Source of the DNA: Gammaproteobacteria bacterium | GTDB lineage: Bacteria; Pseudomonadota; Gammaproteobacteria; Natronospirales; JAIVGZ01 | Assembly (NCBI GenBank): GCA_040882865.1 | Contig: JBBEAN010000014.1 | Location: 26,565 to 90,564 of the forward strand | Reading direction: 5' to 3' | Length of the DNA stretch: 64,000 nt | Part shown: positions 10,201 to 17,423 of the stretch, piece by piece | How positions within the stretch are numbered: the first letter of the stretch is position 1 | How the letters are laid out: every line of letters begins with the position of its first letter | Program-made: the position numbers and the translations under genes | Notes under the pieces: generated by a model | The model's input: only the letters and a program-made list of their open reading frames with translations | The model's database searches: none | What the model was told of the DNA's origin: nothing

Positions 10201-12794
10201 CTATATTGCTCTCTCGATTTACGAAAGACATGAGCGGAATCCGGCAACTTAGCGGGAGCGAGCTATCACTGCAATTCGACGGCTATTGGGTCCAATGTGC
10301 AATCTGCAAGTCAGTGCATCGACCTATGAGGCGCGTTGCGCACTGTATCGATTGTGGACGTGACGCTATCCGCCAGCTTGATCCGGACGTGGATGCGGTG
10401 TTTCTGGCGCGAAAGGGGTTCTATAGGAATCCAGTCCTGGCTTCATTGGCGAATCCTCCAGCGAAGCCTATGGCGCTAATCGCCGCGGAGCACACCGCGC
10501 AGCTAAATGCCCCGCAAAGCGAGGACGTTTTTTCCAAGGCGGAGGAGAACGAACTCCTTTTCCAGGATGTCGATATAAGTGGAATATCAGACGGACGCGG
10601 GGCAACTGCAGTGGATGTCCTTTCGAGCACCACAACAATGGAAGTTGGTATCGATATCGGAGAGTTGTCGGGCGTTGCGCTTCGGAATATGCCGCCAGGT
10701 CGATCGAACTATCAACAACGAGCGGGCCGGGCGGGACGCCGAGGTAGCGCGGTAGCTACCGTTGTCGCATTCGGGAGCGCGGATAGCCACGACGAGCACT
10801 TCTTTTCCACCCCCGCGCTTATGATTACGGGACCGGTCATAGACCCCAAATTAACGCTATCTAATATTGAGATCGTGCGTCGTCATATTAGAGCGTTCCT
10901 GCTTCAGAATTATCACCAATCGAGGATACAAGGTACCGACAGGAACCTATCGCATGATCTCTTTTCGGTACTCGGAACCGTTTCCGGTTTTAGGGATCGA
11001 GAGTCGCTTTTGAATCGGCATGATTTTGCGGGTTGGCTGAGTGAAAATGAGAGCAGACTCCGACTGCGCGTCGACAGTTGGATACCGCACGAACTTGCAG
11101 CGGCGGATCGCGCAGGTCTATTGGATGAGATGCGTACTGACTGTCTAACCGCGATAGATCAAGCCATTGATTATGTAGAACCTGAAAACGTCGACACCCC
11201 TTCGGAGCCCCACGACAATGACGAACCAGATTCCGAAAACGAGGAGGACACTTCTGTAGCGGGGCGCGGGTCCGATCAACTGCTTGGCAGGCTGCTTTAC
11301 CGCGGTATTTTGCCCCGATACGCTTTCCCCACTGATGTTGCGACATTCCACGTTTTTGACGTTAACCGATCTTCGCGGTTCAAGGCAGTAATGCGTTTTG
11401 TGCCGTCGCAAGGCCTTCCAGTCGCCCTGTCTCAGTACGCCCCCGGAAAGCAGGTATGGATAGCGGGAAAGTGCTATACGTCCGGTGCGATTTATTCGAC
11501 TATGCCTAGTGACAGGTTTAGTGCATGGCAAGACCGACGAATATATATGGAATGTAGCGCCTGCGGGTTCGCTAGGACATATCTTGTCGAGGAGGCGAAT
11601 AGAGGTGAAATTAAGGACTGCGAGGCCTGCGGAGGGATGGGGACATTTGGACCAGCTCGTTATTGGCTTCGGCCTCCCGGCTTTGCGCATCCGGTCGATG
11701 TAGAGGAGGTTACATCACCAGAAACGATGCCCGATGTGAGCTACGCAACTCGTGCAAAGTTAACGATGCCGACGCCGGATGATGGTGGGAGGTGGACCAG
11801 GCTGAACGACCGCCTCCGCACGCTTAGTGTGAGACAGCATTTACTGGTTTCAAATACGGGCCCAGATGACGAAGGTTACACATACTGCGTGAAGTGCGGC
11901 CGGATCGAGTCGAGTGTCGAACGTGATCCGAAAATTCTTGGAGGTCACCGCAAACCGTATCCTTCTTCAGAGAGCGAAAGGGTTTGCGACGGAGTGACGC
12001 CTTCAAAACACCTAGTCCTCGGGACGGATTTTATAACCGATATCGCGTTGTTCTCCTTGCGTGTAGCTACACCCTTAAAGCTGAGACCAGGTCACTCGTC
12101 GACGATAGTGGCACTCCGCACGTTAAGTGAGGCAGTCGCGCAGGCCGCCTGTCTGCTTCTCGAAGTTGAGGCAGGCGAATTGCTGGCAGAGTTCCGACCT
12201 GCGCTGACGCCAGATGGAAAAGAGGGGCTAGAAGCCGAGATATTTCTGTACGACGCGTTACCCGGCGGTGCGGGATTTTCCACTCAAGTCGCCGCTCGTG
12301 GAATTGAGCTTCTCCAGGGGGCGTTACATCTAATGAAAACCTGCCCGGAAAATTGTGATGCATCCTGCTATCGATGTCTTAGAAGTTTCAAAAATAAGTT
12401 TGAGCATCGACTTCTGGATCGGCATGTGGGCGCTCAGCTACTCGAGTACCTCCTCGATGGCAATCCAACCGAGTTCAGCGAGGAGCGCGTTCAAGAGTCT
12501 ACTTCGTTACTTTTCGCAGATCTCCAACGCATGGGAGCGTCCATACAATTTTCGCGCGACGCTGGGATTTCGGAGTCCGGTGTCATAGCCCCCATCTTGG
12601 CTAAGCGCGCTGATGACGAAGTCTGCATTGTGGCACTTTCCGCCCCTCTCACCACCGATTACCCTGCCGACCGACTAATAGCGCGATATTCCGAGAATGG
12701 CGGTGCCATTCCGGTGCTCGTTGTCAATGAACTCACGGTCCGTGCGAACCTTCCGGCAGCAACTAGACAAGTCCTAGCGCAACTCGGTGAATAA
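7281..12794 (+). CDS. druE: DruE-like giant SF2 helicase with multiple zinc ribbons and a C-terminal DUF1998-type domain
   Basis: AGGAGA (7272-7277) precedes ATG 7281. 1837 aa. Motifs: GTGSGKT (7629-7649), DEAH (8310-8321), QQRAGRAGRRG (10713-10745), CPENCDASCYRC (12342-12377). The track start at 7149 lies inside the upstream gene. Confidence 0.85.
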   Translation: MQTIHMAVRQLRLALMEYIEATYHISSPALIAQRKALLNSPGVIFQIPYLESTPRYKAGATFSELGGLPPAALKVFEALSSTTGGVPRLLYDPPYLHQAQTLQHSLSEKSNVVIMTGTGSGKTESFLMPILGKLANEAATKPTSFAGQPAVRALVLYPMNALVNDQLGRLRGLFGDARVRDLFMGWAGRPPRFARYTSRTPYAGVRVASKDTTKLAAFEKFYAGIQRLITDGDDAEKQRAKRLLAELQQRGKWPAKPDIAAWYGEKGSRWQDPQTGDFRRAITLPDDSELVTRHEVQAAPPDLLVTNYSMLEYMLMRPVERPIFDATCDWLRSNPDERFLVVLDEAHLYRGAAGAEVGLLLRRLRDRLGATDSQFQVICATASFSNPESARRFGAQLSGLPENTFVSITGTLHLASEDGTGGQSDIDALRTIELEKFYEANTDKEKLGAIREFLQYRGVEVIDAPESTLFRALCDFAPLKLLINSTMKEAMPIASLAEIIFPGASQPEADQALTALLALGSVARPNKQSSGLLPCRIHNFFRGLPGLWICLDTDCSEVSAENKNAIGGQLFSQPRTRCRCGARVFELFTCRNCGTAYARAYTDDVDSPRALWAEPGEHLFMGDDDTRSLFPIDLLLESPLDELAEPVDLDVETGRLNPNVLGPRTRTVFLRGVRTSDVNEDGQPRSKFEERGKFNPCGVCGKTAGYGRSPVQDHQTKGDEPFQALVARQLQIQPPSSPRPTQFAPLQGRKVLAFSDSRQVAARLAPKLQTLSVRDSLRPLIAWGFRKLQGSERILPNLNLDDLYLAVLLASNELGVRLRPEMKASESFEAEEMVGKAVRDAVTNTREGLLQVWMDVRGERPPEALLDSIVTAVRDKYLGFEALALGSIVERRRHSEEIAGLPDIVGIAENPSEKSELVRAWIRCWSNKGFWLNGMPGQWWREKVQGDSGKFPKAMSLIIRDTKARAEFAKVWLPILLSRFTKDMSGIRQLSGSELSLQFDGYWVQCAICKSVHRPMRRVAHCIDCGRDAIRQLDPDVDAVFLARKGFYRNPVLASLANPPAKPMALIAAEHTAQLNAPQSEDVFSKAEENELLFQDVDISGISDGRGATAVDVLSSTTTMEVGIDIGELSGVALRNMPPGRSNYQQRAGRAGRRGSAVATVVAFGSADSHDEHFFSTPALMITGPVIDPKLTLSNIEIVRRHIRAFLLQNYHQSRIQGTDRNLSHDLFSVLGTVSGFRDRESLLNRHDFAGWLSENESRLRLRVDSWIPHELAAADRAGLLDEMRTDCLTAIDQAIDYVEPENVDTPSEPHDNDEPDSENEEDTSVAGRGSDQLLGRLLYRGILPRYAFPTDVATFHVFDVNRSSRFKAVMRFVPSQGLPVALSQYAPGKQVWIAGKCYTSGAIYSTMPSDRFSAWQDRRIYMECSACGFARTYLVEEANRGEIKDCEACGGMGTFGPARYWLRPPGFAHPVDVEEVTSPETMPDVSYATRAKLTMPTPDDGGRWTRLNDRLRTLSVRQHLLVSNTGPDDEGYTYCVKCGRIESSVERDPKILGGHRKPYPSSESERVCDGVTPSKHLVLGTDFITDIALFSLRVATPLKLRPGHSSTIVALRTLSEAVAQAACLLLEVEAGELLAEFRPALTPDGKEGLEAEIFLYDALPGGAGFSTQVAARGIELLQGALHLMKTCPENCDASCYRCLRSFKNKFEHRLLDRHVGAQLLEYLLDGNPTEFSEERVQESTSLLFADLQRMGASIQFSRDAGISESGVIAPILAKRADDEVCIVALSAPLTTDYPADRLIARYSENGGAIPVLVVNELTVRANLPAATRQVLAQLGE

Positions 12795-12873
12795 GAAAGG
12801 AGAACTTGATCGATTCTGGCGCGGTACCGATCCATAATCACAAATTATGAGTTCAATCACGGGACTCGTCGCG

Positions 12874-13815
12874 TTACTGCGCCAAAAATAGGGAGTAACG
12901 CTCTTCAAGCCGCTCTGTATTTGGTTGATGTTCTTTCAGCTTTGGAACTTCAATCGCCTTGCCATGCATTTCTTTCAAGGCATGCTGTAGGACTGGCCCG
13001 TCAAATTCAGTTAATAGATCTCGGCGAATATGCACGGTACAGTCCGGGCGAATTCCCAAGAAGAGTTTGTCGAATGCGGCATGGTGGATCTTGCATAACG
13101 CCAAGCCATTAGAAATCACCGGCTCTCCCGAAGCTTCTCTATCTTCCGTTATATGGGCGGCATCCAACAACTGAGGATGCCTAAGGCGACAAAGCGCGCA
13201 CTGCGTTCGATAGGCGCGAATTACTCGAAACCGAAATGCCTGTTGGTGGGCTCTAACCCTGACCTGTGCAGTTCGATATTGCCTCCTAATTTCACCATAC
13301 TCCGTAAAGTAGTCGGGAGGTAACTCTGTGTTGCTAGCCCAATAATCCGATACATTGCGATCTTCAGCGCGGACAGTGAAGCGGAGATTATTCGGCTCGT
13401 CGCCGATCACAAAGACGGGCCAGGTCGCCAGATACTGACCTGGAACGATGCCGTGGAGGTAAATTAGCGGTAGTTGTAGGCGCATGAGCTCACGCAAACC
13501 GCAGTTTTCACGATGGCTGGGGTCGGTACCCCGGTATCGATAAAGCAGGGTTTTATCGTCGATGAAGCCGTCGTCGTAAGGTCCGTTCGGAGACGTAGTA
13601 ATCGTTAGTGGCAAGTCGCTATCGGTCGCTGCAGGAATAAAGATTCCTTGTGGTCCGACAAGAGGTACCCGGGCGCCCTGTAGATCAAATCCTCGGGCTA
13701 GAACAGCTCGTGGAAGGACAAGCGCTTCGGCGTTATCGATCCCTGCAGTTAAACGCAAAGACTCAAGCCAAGCGAAGGCCTCTTTACGTACTACGTGGTC
13801 AGGTATTCGCGACAT
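12874..13815 (-). CDS. HNH endonuclease with N-terminal PUA/SRA-like domain; probable type IV (modification-dependent) restriction enzyme
   Basis: 313 aa. C-terminal CALCRLRHPQLLDAAHI ... NGLALCKIHHAAFD is an HNH motif. The N-terminal LLYRYRGTDPSHRENCGLRELM...PLIYLHG resembles the Y-x-Y-x-G ... N-x-x-L pattern of SRA-HNH enzymes (COG3440-like). No methyltransferase nearby. Confidence 0.65.
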   Translation of the reverse strand: MSRIPDHVVRKEAFAWLESLRLTAGIDNAEALVLPRAVLARGFDLQGARVPLVGPQGIFIPAATDSDLPLTITTSPNGPYDDGFIDDKTLLYRYRGTDPSHRENCGLRELMRLQLPLIYLHGIVPGQYLATWPVFVIGDEPNNLRFTVRAEDRNVSDYWASNTELPPDYFTEYGEIRRQYRTAQVRVRAHQQAFRFRVIRAYRTQCALCRLRHPQLLDAAHITEDREASGEPVISNGLALCKIHHAAFDKLFLGIRPDCTVHIRRDLLTEFDGPVLQHALKEMHGKAIEVPKLKEHQPNTERLEERYSLFLAQ

Positions 13816-13936
13816 GATTGAATCGCCCCCTCTCGATCAAGTCTAGACCAAATCTACATCTCGAGAGACACCTACCTATGGCGGGTAGGTATCAATTTGG
13901 CGCGTAGTGCGGGCTAGGGCTTAGGTTGAACTTAGA

Positions 13937-14845
13937 TCAACCTTGCCACGGCCCGCCGGGGGGCCACGTTCCAATCGCTTTTCCGTCGCGCACAGCATCG
14001 AATATCGGCATGGCGAATGCGCTAATCGAGCTGGTCACGTTTTCGAGAGATTGCTGAGGTAAGCGGTTTCGCGCCAAGAATGCGGTCCATTGCGTCTGCT
14101 TCGAGCGGTCGGACGCAAATCCATCCGTGAACGCGTCGGGCACCTCGGTCGGGACCGCGGTGTTCCGGCGTTTGAAGGTCGCGTGAACTTGGGCGACGAG
14201 CCGCTCACCGCTGAACTGATGGCACTGTGCGAGCATCGCAATGTCAAAAAAGTCCTTCATGCGGGTATTTGCCATGCCGAACGCTACGATGATCTGGAGT
14301 TTCTCGGCGACGCTCGTTTCTGGATGGTACGCGCGTAGTCGCGCTGTGGGCTGATCGAGTAGCGTCGGAATCTGCGCCCACTCGGGCTCCAAGGCGATAG
14401 CATCGCCAATTCCAACGTCGACCTGCAAATGTAGACGAGCGTTGCCGAGGAATCCGACAAACGTGACGCGCCGACCGCCGTACGTGTCGCTCTCACGAAT
14501 ATCGGCGACTTCAACCGTGTCGACGTCGTAGCGCATGCCATCCGGCTTGGCTTCGACCCCACACACTTCCCGGAACATCTTCACAATTGTGTCGTCGGTG
14601 AGGTCGCCATAGCCGAGCAAATCAGCGTCGCGGGTTGGGCGGGCCTCCTGCCCGAGCCAGACAAGCATCATCAATGCCCCCTTGAGAACGAACTGTTCGC
14701 GGAAGCGGGATTCGCTCAGTCGGTACAGGAATCGTTCAAGCGCATAGCGTCCGAGAAGGCGGTTATGCTCCTGGCCTGTGGCCTTCGCCAGGTTTAGTAA
14801 GCGCGCTTGAATCGATGCCGGCAGGCCGTCGTTTGGGTTCGTCAC
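13937..14845 (-). CDS. abiEii: AbiEii/AbiGii-family nucleotidyltransferase toxin (DUF1814)
   Basis: 302 aa. Typical family N-terminus (LLNLAK...ERFLYRL...FVLKGA...RPTRDADLL). The GTG start overlaps the abiEi stop (GTGA). Confidence 0.85.
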   Translation of the reverse strand: MTNPNDGLPASIQARLLNLAKATGQEHNRLLGRYALERFLYRLSESRFREQFVLKGALMMLVWLGQEARPTRDADLLGYGDLTDDTIVKMFREVCGVEAKPDGMRYDVDTVEVADIRESDTYGGRRVTFVGFLGNARLHLQVDVGIGDAIALEPEWAQIPTLLDQPTARLRAYHPETSVAEKLQIIVAFGMANTRMKDFFDIAMLAQCHQFSGERLVAQVHATFKRRNTAVPTEVPDAFTDGFASDRSKQTQWTAFLARNRLPQQSLENVTSSISAFAMPIFDAVRDGKAIGTWPPGGPWQG

Positions 14846-15447
14846 GCGACGAGCGCCTCGAGGTAGGGGCGCATCACGCGTGCCACACGGTTGATTCTCG
14901 CGTGCCGCTCGAGTTCATTCATCGCGAATAGGCGCTTCGTCCACGCCTCATTCAGCGCCTCGAGTGTGACGTCGAGACCGATCTTGTTGCGGTACTTGAA
15001 GCAGTCCGCGATCGTCTTCGCGACCCCATAAACTTGGATTGCGCGTCCGCCCACCACGTGGATTTCGACTCCGGTGGAGAATGCCGGCTCAGAGACAAAC
15101 ATCACCCGTAGTGGTGGGTAGGCGAGCTTCGGCCGGCGCCGGCCCCGTGGGAGGGCCAGCCAGACCTGGGATGGAAGCTGCGTCGTGAGCTGGTGGAATG
15201 CGAGGGCGGAAAGCAGGCAGATGACTCCGTCGGGCACCCCCGTCGCAACTTGGACAAGCGAGCCGTCGGCAGAAATCCGAGCCCCGGGCAGCGTATACAC
15301 GCCCCGGCCGTGCCGCTCCAGCAGACCGATCCGAGCCAGGCGCGAGAGGTACTCCCGGGGGAGTCCCCGAGCCTCCAGATCGGACGCGCGTAGCGCGCCG
15401 AACCGTCTGGCCAGATTGAGGATTTCTTGCGTCGATGGATGTTCCAT
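14842..15447 (-). CDS. abiEi: AbiEi-family antitoxin / transcriptional regulator (type IV TA)
   Basis: Start taken at ATG 15447 (MEHPSTQEILNLARR...). Has a wHTH-like N-terminus and an AbiEi C-terminal domain. Directly upstream of and overlapping abiEii. Confidence 0.8.
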   Translation of the reverse strand: MEHPSTQEILNLARRFGALRASDLEARGLPREYLSRLARIGLLERHGRGVYTLPGARISADGSLVQVATGVPDGVICLLSALAFHQLTTQLPSQVWLALPRGRRRPKLAYPPLRVMFVSEPAFSTGVEIHVVGGRAIQVYGVAKTIADCFKYRNKIGLDVTLEALNEAWTKRLFAMNELERHARINRVARVMRPYLEALVA

Positions 15448-15458
15448 AAAGGTGAATC

Positions 15459-15522
15459 TGTCACAAAATGCAATCATAAGTCAATATCTGTATGCGATAT
15501 GTGACAAAAGTCAACCGTGTAT
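15459..15522. promoter_or_regulatory. Repeat-containing divergent promoter/operator region upstream of abiEi
   Basis: TGTCACAAAA (15459-15468) and TGTGACAAAA (15500-15509). AAGTCAATATCTGTAT (15478-15493) and AAGTCAACCGTGTAT (15508-15522). On the abiEi strand these read as two TTGACTT boxes. AT-rich. Confidence 0.4.
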
Positions 15523-15558
15523 CGTTTCTACATCCTGACTAAAGCGGAGCTTCAATAT

Positions 15559-15738
15559 ATGAAGACTAAAGTCCTAACCGATCCGGCATGGGTGGAGCAG
15601 AAAGAGCGCCGACATGCGATGACACTGGAGGCCTTAGAGAGCATCGGTGCAGGCATGAGTGTGCCGCATGAAGCTGTCGTCAACTGGGCGAAGCGGTTGG
15701 GTACCGATGATGCGGTTCCGAGTACTGACCAGGGTTGA
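15559..15738 (+). CDS. Small protein resembling only the C-terminal half of CopG/ParD-type antitoxins (no RHH part, no toxin partner)
   Basis: GCGGAG RBS then ATG 15559. 59 aa. The segment ...GAGMSVPHEAVVNWAKRLGTDDAVP resembles the V-x-H-E-E-V-x-x-W-x-x-S-W-G-T tail of RHH antitoxins. Confidence 0.35.
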   Translation: MKTKVLTDPAWVEQKERRHAMTLEALESIGAGMSVPHEAVVNWAKRLGTDDAVPSTDQG

Positions 15739-15787
15739 CACACTTCGAAAAACCGGGAGATTAGGACCCATCAGGATGGGGGTCCCG

Positions 15788-16183
15788 ATGAACCAATCGA
15801 ACGTTATTCCGTTCCCGGTCAGGGTCGTGCCGGGGACGCGCTTCAAGGATGTTGATTTCGCGCACTGCGCTGAGCTGATCGACGAGTTGGTGGTTCGTGG
15901 TCGCTACCAGGCGTTCCATTGTCTGCTGCACTTCGGCTCACTTCGACGCGTCACCATCGAAGTGTCGGCCGGCCCGGCGTTGGGCCATCTTCCTTTCCAT
16001 GCTGGCGCAATGTGTGAGTTGGAGCGTGGGCTCAATCTTTATTGGAAGGCGATGCATGCGGGCGAAGAGCCGCATGACTGCCCCGTCATCGTGACGAGCT
16101 CGAAGAACGGGAAGGCCGCGTGGTGGGCGTTCGCGTCGCCGCTGGCGGTCAAGGCTGGCCTCGGCCAGCCGCTGGAATCCTGA
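15788..16183 (+). CDS. Hypothetical protein
   Basis: 131 aa from ATG 15788 (ATG 15776 also possible). No recognisable domain. The track ORF start at 15659 overlaps the preceding gene. Confidence 0.5.
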   Translation: MNQSNVIPFPVRVVPGTRFKDVDFAHCAELIDELVVRGRYQAFHCLLHFGSLRRVTIEVSAGPALGHLPFHAGAMCELERGLNLYWKAMHAGEEPHDCPVIVTSSKNGKAAWWAFASPLAVKAGLGQPLES

Positions 16184-16198
16184 CGCTCGTACGACGAA

Positions 16199-17416
16199 CT
16201 ACGCCTCCGGAAACAGACCAGGCATCCAACGCGATGCGAGTGCGGCGGGGAACGCGAGAACCCATGGAGCGCGGAGGTTCGCGGAGCGAATGACTCCTCG
16301 CTCGACCAATGCCCCAGTAATTCGCTGCGCATGTCGGGCCGTAACGCCAAGTCGCGTTGCAACCTCGCTCTTGGGGAGCTCACCCTGAAACAGCATGGCC
16401 TCGAGCACATCAGTTGCCTGACTGGGCAACGCGCCAATCCGGGTTTCCTCTTCTGCCCACATCCGAACGCGCGCGCGGAACCGATCTGGCTGCATCAGCT
16501 GTTCCATGAACTTAATCTGGTCGATGCAAATATTCAAAAAGAACTCTGTGAACTCCGCCAAGGCTTCTTCGCTGAGGTTGCCACGGCCGTCGGTATCATT
16601 CCGGCGTGGCAGATCGCAGTTCGATAGCAGCGTCTTGTACTCTGTGGCGTTGCGGGCGAGTCCCCGCGCGATAGACCAAATGCCGCCGGTGTCGAGGGCG
16701 TCGCGCAATGTCGCGTGCGACATTAGGCGCGCTACTCGACCATTTCCGTCGACGAAGGGGTGAATCCACAAGAGTCGATGATGGGCGGCAGCAGCAGAGA
16801 TAATCGTGTTCGCGCGACCCAAGCCGGAGTATGCGGACTCGAATCGGTCGAGGAAATTTGGTACCGCACTGGGGCGCACCGGAACGTGGCGTCCTACCTT
16901 AACGTCTCGCTTCCGCAGTTCGCCGGGCATGACACGCTCCCGTGAGGCTCGGTCGGGCGTGTCGACCCAACGAAGCTCATCGGGCAGCAGTTCAGTAAAG
17001 CGCCGATGAATCTCGCAGATGCCGACTGCGGACGTCGGGTTCGCAAGTTCGCCAGCGTCAATCCACGACTGCACGGCGATGTGCGCCTTCGCTTCCAGCT
17101 GCAAATCGCGCTTTTGAGGATCCTGCGAATAGTCGTTTTTCAGCGCGCGCTCGATATCGATGGGGTGTGTGTCATGCCCCTCGATGAGGTTGCTGTAGTA
17201 GCAGTTCATTGCCCGGACCAGATCTGCCAGAGCGACGCGAATACTCTCGGGTAGGCTGCGTCGAAATCCGGCAGCCCGGTCGGTCAGTGTTAAAGCGAGA
17301 TCCGTGAAACGCTCATGGTGGCGGGAGGTCGACCCGATGAGCATTGGCTCCATCAACGAAACCCGTTCGTTCCGGTCGAAAATGTCCGTGTTTTTGTCCG
17401 ATTTAATGTCAGTCAT
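16199..17416 (-). CDS. fic: Fic-family protein (class II, internal inhibitory motif) with C-terminal wHTH
   Basis: HPFVDGNGRVARL is the Fic core motif. SNLIEG matches the [S/T]xxxE[G/N] inhibitory helix N-terminal of the core. The C-terminal VATRLGVTARHAQRITGALVERGVI is HTH-like. Start taken at ATG 17416 (GTG at 17422 in the track). Confidence 0.9.
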   Translation of the reverse strand: MTDIKSDKNTDIFDRNERVSLMEPMLIGSTSRHHERFTDLALTLTDRAAGFRRSLPESIRVALADLVRAMNCYYSNLIEGHDTHPIDIERALKNDYSQDPQKRDLQLEAKAHIAVQSWIDAGELANPTSAVGICEIHRRFTELLPDELRWVDTPDRASRERVMPGELRKRDVKVGRHVPVRPSAVPNFLDRFESAYSGLGRANTIISAAAAHHRLLWIHPFVDGNGRVARLMSHATLRDALDTGGIWSIARGLARNATEYKTLLSNCDLPRRNDTDGRGNLSEEALAEFTEFFLNICIDQIKFMEQLMQPDRFRARVRMWAEEETRIGALPSQATDVLEAMLFQGELPKSEVATRLGVTARHAQRITGALVERGVIRSANLRAPWVLAFPAALASRWMPGLFPEA

Positions 17417-17423
17417 GACCACA

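Noticed and set aside
13870-13943. Two 7-bp hairpins (ACCTACC...GGTAGGT at 13870-13890; AGGTTGA...TCAACCT at 13923-13943) downstream of abiEii, considered as terminators
   Set aside because: The stems are short and there is no U-tract on the relevant strand. The second hairpin overlaps the abiEii stop codon, and such hairpins could arise by chance in AT-rich DNA.
16153-16170. Palindrome GGCTGGCC-TC-GGCCAGCC near the convergent ends of the unknown ORF and fic, considered as a bidirectional terminator
   Set aside because: It lies inside the 3' coding region of the ORF, has only a 2-nt loop, and has no flanking T/A tract. The evidence is too weak to call.
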